Below, one piece after another: positions 30,629-41,166 of a stretch of DNA of 64,000 bases. Position numbers and translations under genes: made by a program. The notes beneath the pieces are model-generated. The model did not search any database. It was not told where the DNA came from and worked only from the letters and a program-made list of their open reading frames with translations. This DNA comes from a bacterium. Its GTDB lineage: Bacteria; Hinthialibacterota; Hinthialibacteria; H5-UNCL2. The DNA is taken from NCBI GenBank assembly GCA_015075175.1, contig JABTUV010000001.1, positions 1,103,677 to 1,167,676 on the forward strand, read 5' to 3'. Each line of letters begins with the position of its first letter. Position 1 is the stretch's first letter.

Positions 30629-31228
30629 ATGAACAGATTCCTCACCAGCCTCAGTACGTTGGAGACGCTGTTTCTTATTTCCGCCGTGCTGGGCGGCATT
30701 GCCTTTCTGGCGCGCATGGTGATGCAGTTCATGGGCGGCGCGGACGCCGACGCCGACCTGGACGCGGGCGGCCTGGACCACGATTTCGGCAGCCATGAAG
30801 CCGCCCACCACGCCGATTCCGACACCAGTTTCAAGATTCTCACCATCCAGGGCGTGACCGGCTTCTTCATGATATTCGGCCTGACGGGCCTCGCTTTTAT
30901 GCGCGCCACGCCGGTGGGATGGTTCTTTTCTACCGTGATCGCCTTTGTGGCGGGCTACGCCACGCTCTGGATCCTCGGCTGGCTGACCACGGTGATGCTG
31001 TCGCTGCAATCCAGCGGCAACGTGGACCTGCGCAACGCCATCGGCCAGGAGGCGACCGTGTATCTGAAGATTCCCGCCGACGGAACCGGCCAGGCCACGG
31101 TGTGCGTACAGGACCGGCTGCGCATCTTGGACGCGGTCTCCCAAAATCACGAGGAGATTCCCACCGGCCGGCGCGTCCAAGTGGTGGACGTGGGCGAAGA
31201 CAACGTGCTGGTCGTGAAGAAGTCGTAG
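30629..31228 (+). CDS. NfeD-family membrane protein (partner of SPFH/flotillin)
   Basis: N-terminal TM segments plus a C-terminal OB-fold-like domain; sits immediately upstream of the flotillin gene. Confidence 0.65.
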   Translation: MNRFLTSLSTLETLFLISAVLGGIAFLARMVMQFMGGADADADLDAGGLDHDFGSHEAAHHADSDTSFKILTIQGVTGFFMIFGLTGLAFMRATPVGWFFSTVIAFVAGYATLWILGWLTTVMLSLQSSGNVDLRNAIGQEATVYLKIPADGTGQATVCVQDRLRILDAVSQNHEEIPTGRRVQVVDVGEDNVLVVKKS

Positions 31229-31378
31229 TTGCGCAGCGCCTTGCCCCGAGTAGGCCAGAGGCCGTATCGAGGGGTGCTGCGCATCCGCGTACCCCCGCCA
31301 GCTTTGCCGGTACGGCGCAGCACGCTGCGTAACCACAGCCAGGCCTTTGGTACGGGATGATTGGCAAGGAGTGACATC

Positions 31379-32988
31379 ATGCAGTGGTTCGTTCTTCTGG
31401 GCACGGCGTTTTTCATCCTTCTGGTCGCGTCGCTCAGTTTTGTGGCCTCGCGCTACAAGCGCTGCCCCTCCGACAAGATTCTGGTGATCTACGGCAAGGT
31501 GGGGCGCGGGCAGTCGGCCCGCTGCATCCACGGCGGCGGCGCCTTCATTTGGCCGCTCATCCAGGACTACGCCTTCATGCGCCTCACCCCCATGACCATC
31601 TCCATCCCCCTCCAGAACGCCCTCTCGATGCAGAACATCCGCATCAACGTCCCCAGCACCTTCACCATCGGCATCTCGGTCGATCCGGCGGTGATGAACA
31701 ACGCCGCCGAACGCCTCCTGCACCTGGAGGTGCGCGACATCGAGGAGATGGCCAAGGAGATCATCTTCGGACAACTGCGTCTGACCGTCGCCTCGCTGAC
31801 CATCGAGCAGATCAACCAGGACCGCGAGAGCTTTCTGGAGGCGATCCGCAAGAACGTCGAGCCGGAGCTGAACAAGATCGGGCTTTACCTGATCAACGTG
31901 AACATCACCGACATCACCGACGAATCGGACTACATCGACAGCATCGGCAAGAAGGCGGCGGCGGAGGCCATCAATCAGGCCAAGATCGACGTGGCCCAGC
32001 AGGACAAGCTGGGCGCGATCAGCCACTCAGGGCCTGCGCGCGACGGACCATCAAGGTCGCCGAAAACACCCAGGCCGAGAAGAGGAAGGCGGCCAAAGCG
32101 GACCGGCGCGTCTACGATGCAACAGCAGGGAGACGACGGCCTCGGTGGGCAGGCGGCCGCCAATCCGACGCGAGATCAAGGTTGGCCGAAAACCTGGCTC
32201 AGGCGAGAAGGGCAAGAAGGCGGCCGAAGCGGACAAGCGCGTTTACGTCTCCGCCCAGGAGGCCGACGCGGTAGCCGGCGAGAACACCGCCAAGGCGCGC
32301 ATCGCCGACGTGGACGCCGAGCTGGCCGTCAAGCAGGCCGCCGCGCTGCAGCGCGCAGAAGTCGCCCGCCGCGAGGCCCAGGTCGAGATTCAGAAGGCCC
32401 AGTATCGCGCCGAGCAGGAGCGCCTCACCGCCGAAGAGGTGGTCAAACAGGAAATCTCCAAAAAGAAGATCGAGATCGCCGCCGAAGCCCAGGCCGAACG
32501 CCTCCGCCGCGAGGCCAGGGGCGAGGCCGACGCCATCCTGCTCAGGTACGAGGCCGAAGCCAAGGGCATCCGCCAGGTGTTGGAGTCCAAGCGCAGGGCT
32601 ATTCCAGCCTGGTCAAAAGCTGAGGGGCGATGCCAAGGCCGCCGCTACCCTCCTAATGATCGAGAAGATCGAGGAGATCGTGGCCCGCCAGGTGGAAGCC
32701 ATCAAGAACCTGAAGATCGACAAGATCACCGTCTGGGACAGCGGCGGCGCCAACGGGTCATCGACCTCCAGTTTTATCTCCAGTCTGATCAAGAGCCTGC
32801 CGCCGCTGCAGGAGATCGCGCAGATGGCGGGCGTCGAGCTGCCCGGCTACCTGGGACGCATGGCGGCGCCAAGCCCCCGCCAACCGGGCAGAGTCAGGCT
32901 GACACCGCTCATGATTTGCGCATTGTCATCTGGAATTGCGTGTCCCAAAATGGTTGCGGGAACAAGAAAAACCCGAGTCCGGCAGTAG
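31379..32988 (+). pseudogene. Flotillin-like SPFH domain protein (YqiK/FloA-like) with several frameshifts
   Basis: N-terminal TM plus SPFH domain (31379-32020) in one frame; the charged AEA.R/IKVAEN repeat region and C-terminus (DKITVWDSGG...GVELPGYLG) are spread over at least 3 frames. Confidence 0.7.
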
Positions 32989-32989
32989 C

Positions 32990-33720
32990 GGGAAAAATAA
33001 AAAACCCGAGTCCTCGAGTAGCCGGTACTCCGGCGTATCGAGAGGACGGCCGCGACGCGAGCAGGCCGGTGTTACGCCGCCGTGCCTCTCGATACGGCCC
33101 CGAAGTTACCTGTTGTCTCCATTGGAGGTGCCTCGCCGGGGCCTACTCGAGGACACGGCTCAGCTTTTCGCATTCCGGCTTGGAAAGAGTTGTTGAATAG
33201 AGCAGTTCCGAAAGAAAGAAAAACCCGAGTCCTCGGGTAGCCAGAAAAGAAAACCCGAGTCCGACAGTAGCGGGAAAAATAAAAACCCGAGTCCGGCAGT
33301 AGCGGGAAAAACAAAAAACCCGAGTCCTCGAGTAGCCGGTACTCCGGCGTATCGAGAGGACGGCCGCGACGCGAGCAGGCCGGTGTTACGCCGCCGTGCC
33401 TCTCGATACGGCCCCGAAGTTACCTGTTGTCTCCATTGGAGGTACTCGCCGGGCCTACTCGAGGACACGGCTCAGCTTTCATTCCGGCTTGGAAAGAGTT
33501 GTTGAATAGAGCAGTTCGAAAGAAAGAAAACCCGAGTCCTCGGGTAGCCGGAAAAGAAAACCCGAGTCCGGCAGTAGCGGGAAAATAAAACCAGTCCGGC
33601 AGTAGCGGGAAAAACAAAAAACCCGAGTCCTCGAGTAGCCGGTACTCCGGCGTATCGAGAGGGCGGCCCCGATGCGCCCAGCCCGCCTTCGGAGCGGCCC
33701 CGGTCTTTCATCCTCCAAGG
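32990..33720. repeat. Complex repeat block: a ~345-bp unit duplicated in tandem, each copy holding forward and reverse family A hairpins plus 24-bp AAAACCCGAGTCC-N3-AGTAGCGGG subrepeats
   Basis: Direct reading: 33000-33345 is almost identical to 33345-33690. Confidence 0.7.
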
Positions 33721-33773
33721 GTGCGGCGCAGCCTCGTGAGGGCCTGCCTCTCCTCAGTCGCGGCGGCCGCCGA

Positions 33774-34472
33774 TCAGCCCCGCGCGATACAACGCCCAGA
33801 TGAGGCTGCAGAATGGGCGATGGCGCCCGCCACGTAAGTCAGCGCCGCCGCCGTCAACACTTTGCGCGCGCCGTCCGCCTCCACGGTCGAGAGAAAGCCG
33901 TCATTCCGCAAGGCGACCATGGCGCGGCGGCTGGCGTCGAACTCGACCGGCAGCGTAATCAGGGTGAAGAACACGAACCCGCCGAACAGCGCCACTCCCA
34001 GATAGGCCAGCGTCGTGCCCAGGTACGTCTCCAACCCGAAGAGAACCGCGCCTACGATCACGAGCGTGATGCCGATATTGGTCCCCAGTCCCGCGACCGG
34101 CACGACCGCGTTGCGCAGGAACAGCGGCGCGTATCCGGTCGCCTGCTGCAGTGCATGACCCGCTTCGTGCGCCGCCACCCCCAGCGCCGAGATGCTGCTG
34201 CTGTCGTAGACGCTCTGCGACAGGCGCAGCACGTGCGACCTTGGATCATAATGGTCCGTCAGGTGGCCGCCCACCCGCTCGACCGCTACGTCATGGAGGC
34301 CCGCGCGGTCCAGAATCCGCCGCGCGACCTGCGCTCCCGTCAGCCCCCGCGCCGTGCGAATGCGGTTGAAGCGCGCAAACGTCCCTTGCACCAGGAGCGC
34401 CGCCGCCCCGGAGATCACCATCCCTGCCAGGATGACCATCAGGTATACGTGGTCATAAAACATGGGCCACAT
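33774..34472 (-). CDS. YugP-like neutral zinc metallopeptidase (membrane-associated)
   Basis: HEAGHALQ zinc-binding motif, N- and C-terminal TM segments; 232 aa. Confidence 0.7.
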   Translation of the reverse strand: MWPMFYDHVYLMVILAGMVISGAAALLVQGTFARFNRIRTARGLTGAQVARRILDRAGLHDVAVERVGGHLTDHYDPRSHVLRLSQSVYDSSSISALGVAAHEAGHALQQATGYAPLFLRNAVVPVAGLGTNIGITLVIVGAVLFGLETYLGTTLAYLGVALFGGFVFFTLITLPVEFDASRRAMVALRNDGFLSTVEADGARKVLTAAALTYVAGAIAHSAASSGRCIARG

Positions 34473-34613
34473 GGATCATCGCCTCCTTGTCCTCGCTCTT
34501 CCCACGTCGTTAGAATAGCACTTCGACCCGCCGACCGCATCTTTTTGCGGTCCTGCCCCTAATAACGCCGCCTAGGGCGTCCGCGACGAAACAACCGATC
34601 GCCGCAACCGCCG

Positions 34614-35464
34614 TCATTTCCAGTACTTGCCGAAAAAAAACTGGAACAGCTCGCGCTTGTCCGCCGGGATATGCTCGCGGCCGGTCAGGAGGGCGTTGGC
34701 CAGGCTGTTCTCGTATGGGCCGGGCCGGTCCGGGTCGATGCGCGGCACGAGGGTCTTGATCGCCCGCTTCACGTTCTCCACGTTCTTTAACAGATTGGCG
34801 ACCACCACCTCGACGGACACATGCTCCTCGTGCCAGCAATCGTAGTCCGTGCTGCTCGCGATGGTGGCGTAAGACATCTCCGCCTCGCGGGCAAGACCTC
34901 CGGCAGCGCCGTCATGCCGATCACCGACGCGCCCCAGGCCCGATGCATCGCGCTCTCCGCCTTGGTGGAAAACAGCGGTCCCTCCATGCACACGTAAGTC
35001 CCCCCCCGATGTACGGTCAGCCCGATCTCCTCCAAGCAGTCCGCTACCAGCTGGGACAACTCCGGACAGAACGGCTCGGCGAATCCGCAATGCACCGCGC
35101 AGGGATCGAAAAACGTGTTGGGCCGGTGCTTCGTCCGGTCGATGATCTGGTCGGGCACGACCATGTGCAGAGGCTCGATCTCGGGCTTCAGGCTGCCCAC
35201 GGCGGAGATGGTGACGAGCTTCTTCACCCCCAGCATCTTCAGGGCATAGATGTTGGCCTGGTAGGGCACGTGCGTGGGGTTGAACTTATGTCCGCGGCCG
35301 TGCCGGGGCAGGAAGGCAACCGATTGCCCGCCCAACCTGGCCAGCCGGATTTCGTCCGACGGCTTGCCGAACGGCGTGTCCGGGTAAAAGGCGTCATAAT
35401 ACTCCACGCCGTCGATCTCGTACACGCCCGAGCCGCCGATTACGCCGATGCCTGCCTGTGCCAT
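34614..35464 (-). pseudogene. mtnP: S-methyl-5'-thioadenosine phosphorylase (MTAP) with one frameshift near 34893
   Basis: VIGGSGVY...SAVGSL...TYVCMEGP in one frame and AREAEMSYATIASSTDYDCWH in another; a single missing base in GAGGTCTTGCC reconnects them. Confidence 0.8.
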
Positions 35465-35619
35465 GAATCAACCTCCGATGGGGTCGTAAAGATGGGCAGG
35501 ATAGCGGCAAACGAAGGGACAGTCACCCATTTTCCATGCAAGCTCCTGCGCCAACCCCACGTCCCACCCGAAAATGGGCGCCTCCTCGCAAAATCGGCCC
35601 TGACAGGGTTGCGGGAGAA

Positions 35620-35720
35620 AGAAGAACCGAGTCCTCGAGTAGCGGCCCGACGAGCTGGATGCGTCAGCGCGAGCTGTTACTTCGGGCCGCGTATCGAGAG
35701 GACGCCCTCTATGCGTGCAG
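35620..35720. repeat. Family A structured repeat
   Basis: gaaagaagaaccGAGTCCTCGAGTAGCGGCCCGacgag...cttCGGGCCGCGTATCGAGAGGACGcc. Confidence 0.6.
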
Positions 35721-35832
35721 GCCTCCTTCGGAGTGGCCTTCGTTTTTTTGCAGCGAATTTCCCCCGTGGACAAATCCCGCCGTTTCTCCTAAACCTCTGT
35801 CAATCATCCCCTGCATGGAGAGGAACCTCCGC

Positions 35833-37766
35833 CATGCCTCCAGTCAAACCGGCCAAGCTGGGACTGCTCGGTCAGTTCATCCGCTCCAGCGTCTTCCAGA
35901 ACTACGGCATGGTGTTCATTCTCATTCTCCTGGGCGGGGTGGTATCGGTCGCGACCTGGGAGCCGTGGGACTTCCACGCGGGCAGAAAGGGCGGGCGGTT
36001 GGCGGCGGAAGCGGTCGCCGCGGAAGGCGTCAAAGGCGAGGTATTCCTCCTGGCGATTGCCCCGCCCGACCGCGAGCGCGAGTACATCGATGCCTTCGCC
36101 GCCTTCCAGGAGAAGGCGACCGGCGTGCGAACCGCGGAGGCGCGCGTCTTCACCGACATGACCGAGGCCCCGCGGCAACTGCGGCTCCTCCTCAACCAGG
36201 CCGTGACCGCCGAGGCGACTCCCGCCGCTCTCGTCTGCTTCACGCAATCCGGCGCTCAGCGCGCCCGCGAAATCCTCCCTCAATTGGCGACCGCGCTGGC
36301 CCGCCCCGGCCTCGCTCAAGTCCCTATCCTCTCCCCTCCCATGACGAGCCGCTCCATCTTCCTCAGCTACGACAACATCATGACCGTTGTCCGCCAAAGC
36401 GCGCTCACCGCCATCATGGCCGTGGGCATGACTATGGTGATTATCACCGGCGGCATCGATCTGTCGGTAGGTTCGCTCTTGGCCCTCATCGGCGTGATCT
36501 GCGCGCTCGTGCTCAAGTCGGATTACGGCATTCCATGGTGGGGATTGGCGCTGGTGGGCTGGCTGGTGTTTACCGTGGCGGGCAGCCGGACCCCGCGCGT
36601 AGCCGCCCTGCGCCTGCCCGGCGCGCCCTGATCCTGGCCCGCTTGCGCTGGCCCGTGGCAAGTGCCTCCCGCTGACCCGACACCACATCCTCGGCATCGA
36701 GAAGGACGGCCGTGCGACCGCGCGGGCGCTGATCCACCAGGTCGGCGACTCGGGCAAGGTCGCCCTCCTCGTCGATTCGTCCAAGAGCGACAACCGCCGC
36801 ATGGTTGAAGACTTCAAGGCCGAATTGCGCGCCCATCCCGGCCTGCAAATCATCGCCGAGGAGGAGATCGCCGCCCCTGGATGGTACTGGCCGTGGGAAC
36901 GCGGGCCCAGGTTCCAGCGCGCCCACGACGCCGTCGGCCGACTTCTGGACGAGCACGACGACCTCGCCGCCATCGTGCCCGTGGACATCGGCGGCTACGA
37001 CGGCGCGGCCAAGAAACTGACCGAGTCGTTCGTCACCACCAAGGTCGTCTGGCCCGGCATGTCGGCCACGGGCCTGATCCTCTTCGCCATCTTCATGAGC
37101 GTCTTCTGCGGCGCCGTAACCGGCTCGGGCACGGGAGTCCTGGCCACGCGCTTTTCCATCCCGCCCTTCATCGCCACGCTCGCCATCATGCTCATGGCGC
37201 GCAGCCTGGCCATCTCCATGACGCGCTCGGAGGCGATCTCCAACCTGCCGCACGACTTCACCGCCTGGCACAACGGTTTCATCTTCGAGGCGCGCATCGG
37301 CCAGTGGCTGCCCGTGCCCGGTCTCTTCATGGCGCTGATCTACCTGGCCGGGCACGTGCTGATGACGCGCACGCAGTTCGGGCGTTACGTGTACGCCATC
37401 GGTGGCAACGAGGAGGCGACGCGACTCTCGGGCGTGCGCACCGGCAGGATCAAAATATGGGTCTATCTCATCAACGGCGCCCTGGCGGGATTCGTGGCCG
37501 CCCTCACCGCCGCCAAGCTGGCCGCCGGCGATCCCAAGACCGGCGTGCTGAAGGAACTGGACGTGATCGCCTCCGTCGTCGTAGGCGGAACCAGTCTTTC
37601 CGGCGGCGAGGGCAAGGTGCTGGGGACGTTGATCGGCGCGCTCCTCATCGGCGTAGTCCGCAACGCGCTCAACCTGCTGGGATTCCCGGACACGCTGCAG
37701 GACTTCGCCATCGGCGCGGCCATCCTGGGCGCGGTACTCTTGGACGTGGCCAAGAAGAGACTGTAA
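35833..37766 (+). CDS. ABC sugar permease (RbsC-like) with two inserted PBP-like (LacI/RbsB-type) segments; reading frame broken at 36631
   Basis: Permease motifs (N-terminal TM, FLSYDNIMTVVRQSALTAIMAVGMTMVIITGGIDLSVGS, IPPFIATLAIM, and C-terminal GG-S-GGEG--LGTLIGAL) are interleaved with PBP-like blocks: the N-lobe around 35990-36330 and the C-lobe GKVALLVDSSKSDNRRMVEDFKAEL...AAIVPVDIGGYDGA around 36700-37000. Confidence 0.45.
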
Positions 37767-37805
37767 GACGCCGAGTGGGGACGGGGTTTCCGCCAACGGC
37801 GCAAT

Positions 37806-39869
37806 TCACTCCGGCGGTTGAGCCAGCGTCTTTTCGGCTCGCGTGATGAACCCGCGCAGCCCCGACTGGCGGTCGATGTACTCGCCGAACTCGGCGTCGT
37901 AGCGCGCCCGCGCATCCTTCAAGGCCGCCAGCCGTGCCACGGCCTGCCGGCGCGCGCGCGGAAGGCGCGCGGCGGCGTTCTCATCCGGTCCGGCGTAGCA
38001 GGCATCCGCCGCCAGAATCCACGCCGAAAGGACCTCCTGCAGCGCCAGCCCATGTCGGACGTTCTCAAGCAGCCCCGCCGCGCGGCGCGGCTCGATGCGG
38101 GCGGCGACGCGCTCGGCCAGCCTCAGGCCCTCCTGCCGCGCCGCCAGCGCCCGCCGCGCGTCCCGCCGCATCTCCCCACGCCGGCTCCTGTAATGGTCAA
38201 AAATGTATTTTACCGGATCGTCAGTGGACACGCCGTCCTCGGAGGCGATCAGTTCGCCCGCGTAAAAGTAATTGCGGTAGACGGGAAACATGGGATGCCA
38301 GGGATTCTCGTCGCAGACGGCGCGCACGTACATGCCGCGGTCGCGCGCCTCTTCGGACAGCTCCATGATGCGGGCGTAGTCCGCCGCCGCCTCACGACCC
38401 ACCTTGAGCACGGCGAATTCCCGCAGCAACCGTCTCGCATCGGCCCTCGGCGTCCACGCCAGCCGACCGATGAGATAAACGTTCGCCTCGGTCCAGTCGT
38501 CAAAACCGTAGAAGTACGGCAGGCGGTATTTCCCGCCCGAACCGCCGAACTTGACCCACGCCCAGACGCCCGCGGGCCGCGCGCTCTCCAGCTGTCGGAA
38601 GCGCTTCGAGTAATGCCGCGCCGGTACCACGGGCACTGCGCCCATGCCGTCGTACTCGCGGCAACCCTGGTACTCGACGATCACGGGATGCCTGGCGGCC
38701 GCGATGGTGGGATTGAGCGGCTGGCCGCCCCAGAATTCATGTGTATTCTTGATACAAACCCAGCTGGATCCGGATCGCAACCGGGACACCGCGGTCGCGT
38801 ACATGGCGGGATCGGTGTGGATGCTGGGATGTCCCACCCACCAGGTGCGGGCGATGAACTGCTTGTCCAGCTCGCCCGCCACGAGGTTCTCCATGGCGCC
38901 GAAGAAGTCCGCCACGCGCTCTGGCTCGCCCCGGCGATGGTCGCGACCGACGGGCCGAAAGACGACCGCGCCCGGCTCGCCCAATTCTCCCACGCGAAAG
39001 AGATAGCCCGCCATCTGCGGATAGGTGCGCGCGAAATAGCGATATTTGGTTTCCAGCGCCTCCAAGAGCGCGGGATGCCGCACATCGGCGGCGGCCGCGC
39101 GCCCCCGGCCTTGCACCGCGCCGGCCCGCTGCAGGGACGCCATCACCGCCGGTGGAAACGTCACCTCGCTGTTCCAGAGATAGCAGCGAAACCCGTAGGC
39201 CGTCCCGATGTCCAACAGCCGCGCGTAGAGATCGCGCCAGGCGGCCAGCCTCGCGCGCTCTGTCGCGGCCACGACCACCCCGGGAAAAATCTCCGGGTCT
39301 ACCCAGCGGCTCTCGACCTGGATGAAGAGCAGGGCGTTGTAGCCGTTTTCCAGCATGATCTGGCAGTAACGCTCGAAGCGTTCGGGAATCCGGTTGAAGC
39401 GCGACAGGTCGAGATAGGGCGGCTGGTCGCTGTCGTACATGTTGCGGAAGCCGCCGAGCCAGTAGGGGCGCTCGGGGCGGGCTTCCGGCGGATAGAAGGG
39501 GGCTTCGACTTCGACCATGCGCAGGGGGTAGGCGGGCGATTCGTCGAGGCCCAGGTTTGCGGGAATTTTGCCGGCCAGGGTGATCTCGCGCGCCAGCCGC
39601 AAGGCGCCGTACGCGCGTCCGGCCGGCTCGCGCGCCTCGATGAGAAACGCCCCGCGGCGCCCGCGCGATAGGCGATAGCCCTCTCCCCCCGGTCCGCCCT
39701 CTGCGACCTGCACCGTGCCGCCGCCGTGCGCCTCCAGCGCCGACGCGAGCACCCGGTGCGCGTATCGCCACGCGGCTGACTCCCGGTCGCCCGGCGCCGC
39801 CTCGATGACGGTCGCCGCCAGTCCCGCGGAAGGCACGAGCAGCGCGAAAAGAAGAAGACGCCGGAGCAT
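37806..39869 (-). CDS. Secreted glycoside-hydrolase-like protein (family not determined)
   Basis: Signal peptide MLRRLLLFALLVPSAGLAA, 688 aa, Trp/Tyr-rich TIM-barrel-like composition. Confidence 0.5.
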   Translation of the reverse strand: MLRRLLLFALLVPSAGLAATVIEAAPGDRESAAWRYAHRVLASALEAHGGGTVQVAEGGPGGEGYRLSRGRRGAFLIEAREPAGRAYGALRLAREITLAGKIPANLGLDESPAYPLRMVEVEAPFYPPEARPERPYWLGGFRNMYDSDQPPYLDLSRFNRIPERFERYCQIMLENGYNALLFIQVESRWVDPEIFPGVVVAATERARLAAWRDLYARLLDIGTAYGFRCYLWNSEVTFPPAVMASLQRAGAVQGRGRAAAADVRHPALLEALETKYRYFARTYPQMAGYLFRVGELGEPGAVVFRPVGRDHRRGEPERVADFFGAMENLVAGELDKQFIARTWWVGHPSIHTDPAMYATAVSRLRSGSSWVCIKNTHEFWGGQPLNPTIAAARHPVIVEYQGCREYDGMGAVPVVPARHYSKRFRQLESARPAGVWAWVKFGGSGGKYRLPYFYGFDDWTEANVYLIGRLAWTPRADARRLLREFAVLKVGREAAADYARIMELSEEARDRGMYVRAVCDENPWHPMFPVYRNYFYAGELIASEDGVSTDDPVKYIFDHYRSRRGEMRRDARRALAARQEGLRLAERVAARIEPRRAAGLLENVRHGLALQEVLSAWILAADACYAGPDENAAARLPRARRQAVARLAALKDARARYDAEFGEYIDRQSGLRGFITRAEKTLAQPPE

Positions 39870-39886
39870 GGAACCGACCTCGTGCT

Positions 39887-40938
39887 TCAAGCCTGCCACA
39901 GGCCCTCCCCGTACTCATCCAGCGGCGGCTCGCCGCAGGCGGCGACATAGTCCTGGTTGACCCACACCGCGAAACTCGTGTAGTGGCGGATGCCGCGCTC
40001 TTTGTAGGTCGCCAGGTCCGCGCGGAACAGCTCGCCGTTCCAGGGCAGCGGCTTCGGCTGATTGCGCCGGTAGCCGCAGTGCAGCGACTCGTCCAGGCAG
40101 TATTCGAGGACCTGCGCGCCGTCCGCGCCGAACACGGCCAGCTGCGCATCCAGGTTCTCCAGTTGCTCGGACTGCGCCCGCATGGGAACGTCAAAACGAC
40201 GCCTGATCGGCGCCCACTCCAGAAAGAGGCCGCGCTCCGGTTTGACCTCCTTCGGCGGTTCCCAGGTCGTGCCGTAGGCCAGGTGCGCGAGCGTGGCGCG
40301 ACGGTCCGACTGCCGCAGCGCCGCGATCATCGCGTTCTCCAGGATGACGACCTGGTCCGTGTCCGAAAGAACCCTGCATTTCGGGCAGCGGCACATTCCA
40401 TCGCGTCGTCCACCCAGTAGAAATAGCGCCCCGTGGTGGGACGCAGAATCTCGCCGTACTTGACGGCGTTCTCGCAGACTACCGCAATCGCTTGCTTGGA
40501 ATGCACGCACAGGTTGTAATCCTTCGTGCGCTCGCCCTTTTCGTTCATGCGGAACATCTCGGGGTTTTTCTCGAACAGGCTGCGCGGCAAGAGATCGTAC
40601 ATGGCGTGCAGCTCGTGCTCGATCTCGATTCCCAGCCGGCGGCAATCGGCGTAAAATCGATGCCATTCATCCGTCATGGCAAAGCGGGCGACCTCGCTGG
40701 GGAACTTGTGCGTGGCGATGGTGGAGAGGCCGGCGGCGTGCGCCTTCTCGGGCCAGTTCCAGTTGGGAATGTCGTCGGGGGCGGAGATGACCACGCCGCG
40801 CGTGCGAAAAAAGGGCCTACGACGGGTGGTTCGGTTGGAGCGCGGGGACTGGCACGCCGTGAAAGCAGCTCCCAGCGCAAGCGTGGAGAGAAATCCGCGA
40901 CGCGGCACGGCGGCCACCGGCTCTCGCGTTAAGGACAT
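39887..40938 (-). pseudogene. TAT-secreted hypothetical protein with a frameshift near 40400
   Basis: TAT motif RRGFLSTLALGAAFTA; two frames join at YWVDD|GMCRCPKCRVLSD. Confidence 0.45.
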
Positions 40939-40984
40939 GAACGTACTCCCGTGTCGATATTGTGCGGCTTCTGGCAAAGTACTC

Positions 40985-41085
40985 GGCAAGAAAACAAAAC
41001 CGAGTCCTCAAGTAGCGGCCCGATGAGTCATGTCCATCCCACGGAGACGTAACGACGGGCCGCATATCGAGCGGACGGCTTCTTG
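40985..41085. repeat. Family A structured repeat
   Basis: gaaaacaaaaccGAGTCCTCAAGTAGCGGCCCGatgag...CGGGCCGCATATCGAGCGGACGGC. Confidence 0.6.
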
Positions 41086-41166
41086 CCGGCACTTTTCTCG
41101 AAGCAGACTTAATTGTACCATAGCATGCGTCGTTATCGCGTCCAATCGCATAAAGAGGGATCAGCG

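Noticed and set aside
40985-41085. Hammerhead ribozyme resemblance in family A repeats (CCGAUGAGUC resembles CUGAUGA)
   Set aside because: The conserved U of CUGAUGA is missing, there is no GAAAC or helix III arrangement, and other copies have CGACGAG instead. This is not a hammerhead
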